Source: Macrostomum lignano (lineage: Eukaryota). Taken from it: 53,139 nucleotides of DNA. Below, piece after piece: positions 44,357 to 53,139 of the stretch. The number at the start of each line of letters is the position of its first letter. Within the stretch, counting starts at the first letter, position 1. The DNA lies in assembly GCA_002269645.1 (NCBI GenBank), contig NIVC01000279.1, positions 1 to 53,139 on the forward strand, given 5' to 3'. The notes under the pieces are model-generated. The model had not been told where the DNA came from. It searched no databases and saw nothing but the letters and a program-made list of their open reading frames with translations. A program made the position numbers and the translations under genes.

Positions 44357-47300
44357 CTATAAATGAATAAGCTGATGATAGGCTTGAGCTGACGAGACGA
44401 GTCTATAAACAACCTCCTCTTGAACTAAATGCTTCTTCATCGAGACTGATGAAGACTTGTTGAGTAGCAGAGGATTTTTGTTGGATGGCTGGGAAGTTAA
44501 ATTTGATATCACAGAGCAGAGGGCAGCGGCCGCGGCGGAGTCGCCCTCATCGTGGATTCTCTCATCTGTTTCATTCGGATCGCTGCTGATGGATCCGAAG
44601 TTTACCACCGAAAATGTGGGACTAAAAATTGTCTCTGAAGCTGAGCTTTTGTCTTGAGAAAGCATGACCAGTCCTATAGAAATGATAATAACTCCTGGTA
44701 AAATGAGGCGACCCCAAATTCCCGAACGACTTCTTAAACAGCGCCTCAAGTTCATCGCTAGCAGGGCAACAAGTTGCGTACAAAATGATGACTGAAAATT
44801 AGTAGACGGTTTAAACAAATCCATTCGAATGACTTTCTCAATATTGGATTGCGATTGGGCATTAAATGTCGATTTTTTTATCGAATTGGTTAATGCTTGA
44901 GCAAGTTGGCCTGATCGGATAGCCGCTTTGATCTCTTCCAAGCCCAGGCAGCTCAGCTTGTCAAACGAATTGGCCAAGGACGTCTGCGACAGACGAAATT
45001 TGCGAACATTCCATTCCTGATCTGCGAGTATGTTTGCCGCATCGCATAGCTCTTTAAGACAGGAAGGGAAAATGTCTAGCGATGTTTCGCTTCGAAGGCT
45101 CGTCCTTAAATTGGCGTCATTAAGTCACCCCTCCTGTACATTGCCTTTATATTGCGATTTGAATGACGCAGTCAGTAAAAAACTGGAGCCCAGAGTCTTC
45201 GCAGGAACATGGACGAGCCGGCAATCAAAATTTCGCCTTCATTGAGAAATAAAATTCGGTCTGACAGAAAGTCAGCCTCCTCCAGGAATATTGTACTGAA
45301 AATTATGGAGCGACCCGCCTTGGCCTCGTGCAGAACCCGCCACACCTGGCGCCTTGATGCCGGATCCATGCCAGTTGTTGGCTCATCGAGACAAACCCCA
45401 CTGGAGCCGCTTAGCAAGGCTATCATAGTACTGAGTTTTCTACTCTGGGCTCTGTTGAGTTCTGTTGAAACGAAATTTTTCAAGCCTTCCAAATGAAAAA
45501 GGCGCAGCAAACTGCGAACCTCTTTGTTAGCCTCGGTGAGCCCCCTGCTAATTAGCAGGGCCTCAATGCACTGCATTACCGTCAGAGCCCTGCAGGCGAT
45601 GTCGCTTCGAGAACAGAAACCAAAGTCAACTCAACTCAAAGCCGTCAAAGTAGATGGAGCCCAGCTGGGGAGAGTCAATTCCTGCTAGCAGAGTCGATTT
45701 ACCAGCTGCGCTGTGTCCGACAACTGATGCGATTTCGTCTTTGAAAAAGTTGCCTAGGAGTTAAAAGTAGCGTAATAATTTTATCTGTTGACGTAATGGC
45801 GCAATGACGCACTAAAACATGTGTTGTGCCCGTGCGCTTGCACTGATAAAGGGCACTCTGTCCCCTCTGTTTTGGCGTTAAATGCTCAGCTGTGTTAGCC
45901 GCTTTGCTGCTTTGGTTGTCTGCGCGCTGGTTGGCTGGGCCGCCTTGTTTGCCCCCCCCCTGGGCTGCTCTCCCCCAGCTGCGCCGTGATTGGCCGGTGG
46001 GTGGCTGGGCCGGGGGGTGGGGCGGGGGTGGGGCGGGGGGAGCAAACAAGGCCCTGGCCCCTGGCCCCGGGTGGGTCGTGGCCTTTTAAGGCGCGGCCGG
46101 GGCGGGTGGCTGCCGGCCCGTGGGTGTTTGTTTTGGTTTGCCGCACTCTACCACGCAGGCCCAGAGTGCCGATTACGGCGTCTTGAGATCGTTCTTCCCC
46201 TAACACATACACAATAAAACGTTGACCGTCGGGTCCGCCAGCCGCGAGCAGACCTCAGCTACGAGTTATTGACCGCACACGCAAGGGCGAGCTAAGTAAG
46301 TCACTGCCTTGTCTCTTTCATTTCGGGAGCTGTAGCAGGGACAGTCCGTGTGTCCTGACGCCGACTCAGGGGGGACTAGGCCAGGTTAGTCAGCTAGGGG
46401 CCACCCTGTACCGTACGCCCGCTGTACTTAGACGCCAGCTCGTGCGCCCTGACGCCCTGCTGAGGGTGATCGACATCACAGCGTCCCTACGCGTGTGCCG
46501 GCCACTTGGGTGCGTCCCGACGCCCCAGACTTAGGGTCCCGTGCGGACACTCGCGCCCTGACGCAGGCCAGCACGGGCCCGCGTACTCTGACCCTCGTAG
46601 GCGCACCCTTACTGGGAGTCGCGAGTACGAGTACAACACATGACCCGTTTCGCTGAGATTTTGAGTATGCTCGAAGTTGTCAGATAGCCGCACATAAATA
46701 TTGCCTCTGCCTCAGCTAATAAAGTCTTCATTGTCTCTGAATCGCACGACAATTCCCAATCTTTCTTCGTAAACAATCCCCAAATGAATGTTTAGCAGTA
46801 AATAAGGAGATAAAATCTGTACCATTTTATCGTATTTACTCTGTACTACACACTAAGCTCCGGGGTATCAACCACCGTGTTCTAGCCCTGCTTTAGTTAC
46901 AACTTTCTGAGTTGGCATGAATACTTTCTATGTTGTTGCTACACTGCTGCGGAAGATAGGCGTTAAGCTATGTCAAAATTTGAGAAACAACCCTCAGCTC
47001 ATGTAGCTCGACTGGATCTTGAAGAGGATGTAAACTTAAGAGTCAAAATTTAGCTCAATTTCTCTAGGCCAGTCCCTTCATTTGGAGCCAAATACTTTGT
47101 ATAGGTCCTGTTATGCCGAAAACCGACCGCTTTAGTATTTAGGGATCGCAGATTATCGCAGCTTACGCAGATTCCGTTAACAGCAACGAAAGGCAGCGAG
47201 CTCAGCACCGGCTGTCCTTGTTGAAGAAGTCCGCGTATACTGCCGCCTCTCTGCCGCTTCTCTGTGGCCACCAGAATTTAGGATGAAAAAGGAAATAGTA

Positions 47301-48667
47301 CGGCAGGTGGAGGCCGTTACCACCGCGCAGCATAAAGTCCAGGTAGATAGTTGCAAAGCCAATCACAATTGGCGTTAGCACAATAGGAATTAGAATCAAA
47401 CTTTTAGGTTCCTCGTGAGCATCGTCCAAATTATTGATGGTTCTGTAACTGATAGATCCAGATTCAGCGGTGTCAACTTTTTGTTCGTAGCGGCGGCACC
47501 AGAAACTGAATGACGGGAATGAGCTCAACAATCTTTATTTAGAATAGAAAGTACAGGAAAGTGGCGATGCAAGCCAGGATTACTGACATGGCAGTGGTAA
47601 GAAGTGTCGGCATAAGAAGTTCCAGCAGCAGTACGCCTGACGCTATACTCAGCAGGTAGAAAAAGAAGCAGAAAAATATAGGCGGCATAAAAATCTTTCC
47701 CACAGGTCCAGTAAAAGGACTGAGCGTAGAGAATAGCAAACAGCAGGCACCCCAACAGTGTGAGCAGCCACACGATAGTCCAGTAGCTCCCCACCGACAG
47801 ACCACTACGAAACAGACACTGCAGGAAGCCGTTGGACTTGAGTATCCGGATGCAGTACACGATGGCCACGAGAAAGTACACGGCTACACTAACAGTTACC
47901 AGGATTAGGGACAGTAGTACCACGGTGTCCAAATTGCCGATGAACTTCTTATGCAAAGTGCTATTGAAGCATGGAGTTTCGCGCAATTTCCGCCTTCGTT
48001 GCTTCCAATACAGTCTGGAGTGGCGCCGTCTATCGCGGAGTAGCGAATCAGTGGACAAGTGGAAAAGGTGAACCTTTTTAAATATTTCCTCTAGTACAAG
48101 GCGACTGGACAAATATTGTGCGACCATCTGGTACAGAAAGGCGCACTTCAAAAAAGAATCGTCGTGCTTCTCGCAAATCACGTGAGTTGGCCTGTCAGCA
48201 GATTCATTGAAACGGATGTAAAAGCGAGTGCGTTGAGCTGCTTGGCTTAAAAATATTTCGTCGCATTCGGATTTTGCGTTGCAGTCGACAAAAAGCGTTT
48301 TCTTCATTCTTTTACCAAACGGTTGCGGATTCAGTGTTGTGAGTCCCTGGTAGAAGTCTTTTTGATAGTCAGAATTTCCTGCAAGAACCTGACGCCTCAA
48401 CCAGACAAATCTGCGACTGCTGCACCCTTTTAGTCCGTTTAGGCTGTACACCTGCCTCTTCTCGTCGGGCAGCAGCTGAGGTATGTACAAATTTGCTAGC
48501 AGAGGAACAAGCACCAAGATCATTAAGGCAAACCGCCAGGATTTCAGTCGCAGTAGAAGAAGAAATAGAAATATTGATTGACGCAGCACTGACAGCGACG
48601 CGCTGGTTTCGGGCTGACGGTTTCCACCCTCCAATGTACGCTTGCTTTGCGCGTCCACCAATTCCAT
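44357..48667 (-). pseudogene. Divergent ABCA-subfamily transporter gene (TMD1, NBD1, regulatory region, start of TMD2), disrupted in this assembly
   Basis: Blocks at about 48667-47050 (LRQSIFL...; GLSVGSYW..W; YLDFMLRGGNGLHLPYYFLFHPKFWW) and 45753-44357 (EIASVVGHSAAGKST; CLDEPTTGMDPASRRQVW; EEADFLSDRI; QLVALLAMNLRRCLRS...LILP). Frameshifts and stops are present. Confidence 0.88.
45790..46700. mobile_element. GC-rich LTR/promoter-like insertion within the ABCA intron
   Basis: GC-box cluster (GGGGCGGGG), downstream AATAAA and GTAAGT; abrupt composition change; boundaries approximate. Confidence 0.35.
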
Positions 48668-49164
48668 ATGGCACTTTCCGTTTGTGTAATGCAATTTTTG
48701 GTCTCGTAGTTAAAGCGCAAAATTTTCTGCTTCTACGTTCTTAGAAAAAACGGCTCTAAGCCACGTTTTCTAAGCATGGCTAATTAGTTTCTTATTGTCT
48801 TAAGATGAAATGAGAGTCTATAATTATACATCCCATGTGCCATTGTTTGCGTTGGTAACATTGGCTTTGACAGTGAGCTCCGTAGGTGCAGCTTTAGGTA
48901 ATTGCCTTTTACGGGAGCTCACTTTGGCCATGAATTGTATTCAATTCTTCCCAAGCCTCCGTCAGCTGGCAGGTACTTTATAATGCAAGGTAGGAGGTTT
49001 CGCCTCTAATTGGCACTCAAGAAATTTCTGTCGACAATGCGACGATGAAAAATACAAGCTCTCGGAGCTACACTTTGGATATTCTACGAAATTCAAACGC
49101 GTTACGGGAAATTTTTTTAAGATCCATTTCCCAATCCAAAGTATTTGTCTTTGTATACAAACGA

Positions 49165-49802
<638 letters not shown>

Positions 49803-50790
49803 TTGAACGAAATCATAGCAGCTTTCAAGAAAGCCTACAGTCCTCCCCTACTATCACTTCAACGTGTGGTTTATAGACACGCGCAAAATGCCATTGTTTT
49901 CTAAGATAGAAGCCATTTGATGTAATGTTAAATAACATTATTATGCGACAATGCTCTCACAACCAGCTCTGAAGCAACCTCTGCCGATTTCTCTGACTCC
50001 TGAGCACTATGCCAGCGCGCCAATGCTGTACAGGTACGCAAATCTCATCACGAAGGATTGAGGTGCCACGGCAACAGCTCTAAGCCTAAGCCATTTTTCT
50101 AGCATAGCTAATTAGCTCCCTAATGGTTCTAAAAGGAAAGGAGAACTGCATTACCGCGATGGCGAAATAATAAAAACTTTAGTACGCTTCGTCACTAATT
50201 AGTGAAAAACGTTTTTCAGCAGGTTGGAAATGTCGTTGGAAAACTCTGACGTCAAACGTCAGACGCCAAAGTTCTCTTTTGGCAAGATTCATGCCGAAAT
50301 CTCAACTATTCTTATGGTTTCTCCATCAGTTGGCTTATGGACAAATAAATTAAGAGAGTAGCAGGACATGCAACAGTCGCAAACTCTTGAAAAGTATTCC
50401 ATGTTTTAAACTAACAATCTCTCACTGACTGAATTTTCGAGGTCTGACTCTCGCGTTACGAGCTACAATTCACTTTTGGCTTTTGGACGAAATTGTGCCG
50501 GATGACAACCCCCGGGCCTGAGAGTGTACATGTCTGACTATTAGACAGTCAGGGCCACTGTACAACCATGTGTGAGCGCGTGTGTATGAGTGCGTGTCTG
50601 CGTAAAGTACTTTGTAGACTTGTATGTATTCAGGAATCAGGACTCAGTAGAGTGGGCCAAATTGTTTCAGGGCTGTTTGTAGAACGATTTCGTTAGAACA
50701 GGATACCCACAGCTTTCCAGCAATTGTTTGCCTTAATAATAGTAATGTTTTTATCATTAGAATTGATAAATGTACGAGTATCTTAATAAG

Positions 50791-50831
50791 CTTGACTTGA
50801 CTTGACTTGACTTGACTTGACTTGACTTGAC
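50791..50831. repeat. (CTTGA)8 microsatellite
   Basis: Read directly. Confidence 0.95.
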
Positions 50832-51279
50832 TAATTAAAGTCAAGCGTGTGACTTTGGGCCAGAGAGAGGAGGCAAGAAAAGAGAGGAAAGAAGATATGA
50901 GAGGAAGGGAAAGGGAGAGAGGAGGGAATAGAAGAGTGGAGAGGAGGGCAGAGGAGAAAAAGAGAAGAGAGCTGAGTAGAGACACAAACACTGAGTGAGC
51001 CGGGTAGCTATTGTGAAGTTTTAAAGACCCTGGCTAGTTTGTTAGTTAGAGCGGCTTTGCGGGCTGCATGTGACCGAGGACCAGGGTTTGCCGACACCTG
51101 TTAAAGATATGAGTAGAAACATCAGAAACTCATCTAGGGTTTCTTATTTGCATATCTAAAATTGTCTTGATTAAAACTGAAAAGATCTGAAAATTTTCCA
51201 ACTTTTTGACGATGTCTTTGCCCAAGCACTACATTTTGCAAGTGACTCTGCAGCATATTTGACGGTTCGTCACTGTCGC

Positions 51280-52032
51280 TCATTTGAACGGATCGATGCA
51301 CTCGCAGAGGGCCTGCGAAACGCCCCCAGTGACATGCGCTGAGTCATCAAAGCCATAGTGGCGGCTCGTCCACATGACCAGGTATTTTTGATCAGCGGCA
51401 GTGGTGAACTGGCCCGGCTCCCACATGTCGGCAAAGCAGCCGATGTTGCAGGCCTCCCAGACCCAGGGATCGCTGGAAGCATCGCCAGGACGCCATCGCC
51501 GGCGAAGAAGCTGGCGTAAGAGTACGAGCTGTTCTTCATCCAGATGAAGTGGCGGTCTCGTTGCGATCGATGGCGTCGGCGTATTTGGTGAGTCCGGGCA
51601 GCGCCCCGCAGGCTGTGCGACCGGCAGTCCAGCTGGCGGCGCTCACCAGCTTGTAGGTGGAGCCGAAGTACCGGCTGCCGAAGCCGTCGGGCACAGCTGG
51701 CACCCGGCAGGCCCGGCTGGTTGCGAACGAAGGCCCAGGCGAAGTCGCTGCAGTCGGTGCTGACCATGTGGCTGCACCTGTCGAACACGAAAGCCGACAC
51801 CTGTCGCCGGCTGTCAGCTGGAATCCCTGGCAGCTGGTGCCTAGCTCTGCGCAGGCGGTTGCGCACGAGATGGCCGACCAGCTCTCGGGAGCCTGCAGGT
51901 CTCGGATGAATTCCGGTCTCAGGCACATGCGGACGTATCTCAGTGTAAATCCAAGCTCTTTAACTGCGGCTTTGGAGACAACCGCTGTCAGAGCCAGGCA
52001 GAGCGTTGTGGTCAGCAGGCCGTTCAGACGCA
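51280..52032 (-). CDS. Secreted PAN/apple-like plus C-type lectin domain protein (two -1 frameshifts, likely artefacts)
   Basis: Signal-like RLNGLLTTTLCLALTAVVSKA; SAISCATACAELGTSCQGFQLTAGDRCRL; YFGSTYKLV...SWTAGRTAC...FIWM...WVW...WEPGQ...ALCE*. AG acceptor at 52033-52034. Confidence 0.75.
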
Positions 52033-52283
52033 CTGTTGAAGGATTTGTCAAAATCTCTAAATTCTGGCACCGATTCAAACTGCAAATACTAACTCTGGAG
52101 GTCAGTATTCGCCAAAAGATGCACTGTCGAGAATGTGTTATTCTATTCTTCATCTTGCCCTGTGGACTTCTATTCGAAGCAGTGTGCCTGTGTTTGATCC
52201 AAATTTATGACAAGTTTCTTCGTGACAATGTTCACATAAACGGTATTAAAGATTTTCGAATGATGCAAATACAGGTGTGCTGT

Positions 52284-52668
52284 TTAAACGGTTTTCAAAT
52301 TGACGCGATACCATGGACAACACTAGATATTTTTAAACGGATTTCAAATTGACGCGATCCATGGACAACACTAGATATTTTTAAACGGATTTCAAATTGA
52401 CGCGATCCATGGACAACACTAGATATTTTTTAAACGGATTTCAAATTGACGCGATACCATGGACAACACTAGATATTTTTAAACGGATTTCAAATTGACG
52501 CGATCCATGGACAACACTAGATATTTTTAAACGGATTTCAAATTGACGCGATCCATGGACAACACTAATATTTTTAAACGGATTTCAAATTGACGCGATA
52601 CCATGGACAACACTAGATATTTTTAAACGGATTTCAAATTAACGCGATACCATGGACAACACTAGATA
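52284..52668. repeat. 48-49 bp minisatellite, 8 copies
   Basis: AAACGGATTTCAAATTGACGCGAT(A)CCATGGACAACACTAGATATTTTT is repeated with almost no variation. Confidence 0.95.
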
Positions 52669-53139
52669 TACTCGTAGAATAATATCTATAGAAAAATGTG
52701 ATCATTTGTCAACTGAAATTTCTCAAAAAATACAGTTTGCTTTCTGATCCCTGGTGGCATTTCTACTGACATTAGCTTGATAAACTTCTCAGTCCACTTC
52801 TGGACGATATTTTGGACTGTTACGTTATTGTTATTTAGATTTCTACCAATTTCAAATTACAAAATACTTTATTATGTTACTTACTTTTTTTTTATCCAGC
52901 AATCGATTATAGCGTTTTACGGTCAGATTTTCGACTTGGCAGCAAGGATTTATGCAGTTTAGGCTCAATATTTATGCATACTTCCACAAGCGACTCAACT
53001 CCTTTCATTGGTAGTTTTGTCTGCACTTACAAGTAGTTAGCCAATAAAAATCCTAGCAGTAGCTAGATGCTATTTTCCTACTCCTTAAATCATTTTATAA
53101 TCCGCGATTTTAAAGGATGACTTGATAAGACCGTGAATT

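Noticed and set aside
45699-46217. Gly/Pro-rich ORFs
   Set aside because: Products of GC-box low-complexity DNA with no domain signal.
51085-51105. Minus-strand AACA-GGTGTCGGC as an LTR end plus PBS
   Set aside because: No TGG, no partner LTR and no downstream gag.
52284-52668. CRISPR array
   Set aside because: Head-to-tail repeats with no unique spacers.

Overview
Transposon-dense eukaryotic (invertebrate-like) DNA with no rRNA, intact tRNA gene or CRISPR array; the species cannot be determined from sequence alone. Left to right: the 3' end of a mariner transposon; Polinton/adintovirus relics; a large Ty3/Gypsy LTR retrotransposon (about 2.5-13.2 kb) split at the RT/RNase H junction by a young 4.3 kb Mag-like Gypsy element (204-bp LTRs differing at 1 base, CTAAT target duplication); decayed Polinton genes (pPolB in two pieces, adenain protease, packaging ATPase, core-like ORFs) interleaved with Harbinger Myb/SANT and DUF4806/CMC fragments; an LTR-element tail with an unknown ORF; mixed repeats; a CACTA-ended 2.2 kb element; a 5'-truncated RNase H LINE; a divergent ABCA-type transporter gene with a degenerate NBD1 (minus strand); a long (CTGT)n tract; a secreted PAN/apple plus C-type lectin gene; and a 48-49 bp minisatellite. 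The best novelty candidate is a cold-shock domain (RNP1 YGFV, RNP2 VFVH) lying directly after the Gag CCHC knuckle and before the protease of the large Gypsy element. Many frameshifts are single-base losses in short homopolymers and may be sequencing errors. All protein identifications come from motifs recognised by eye; no database searches were run.
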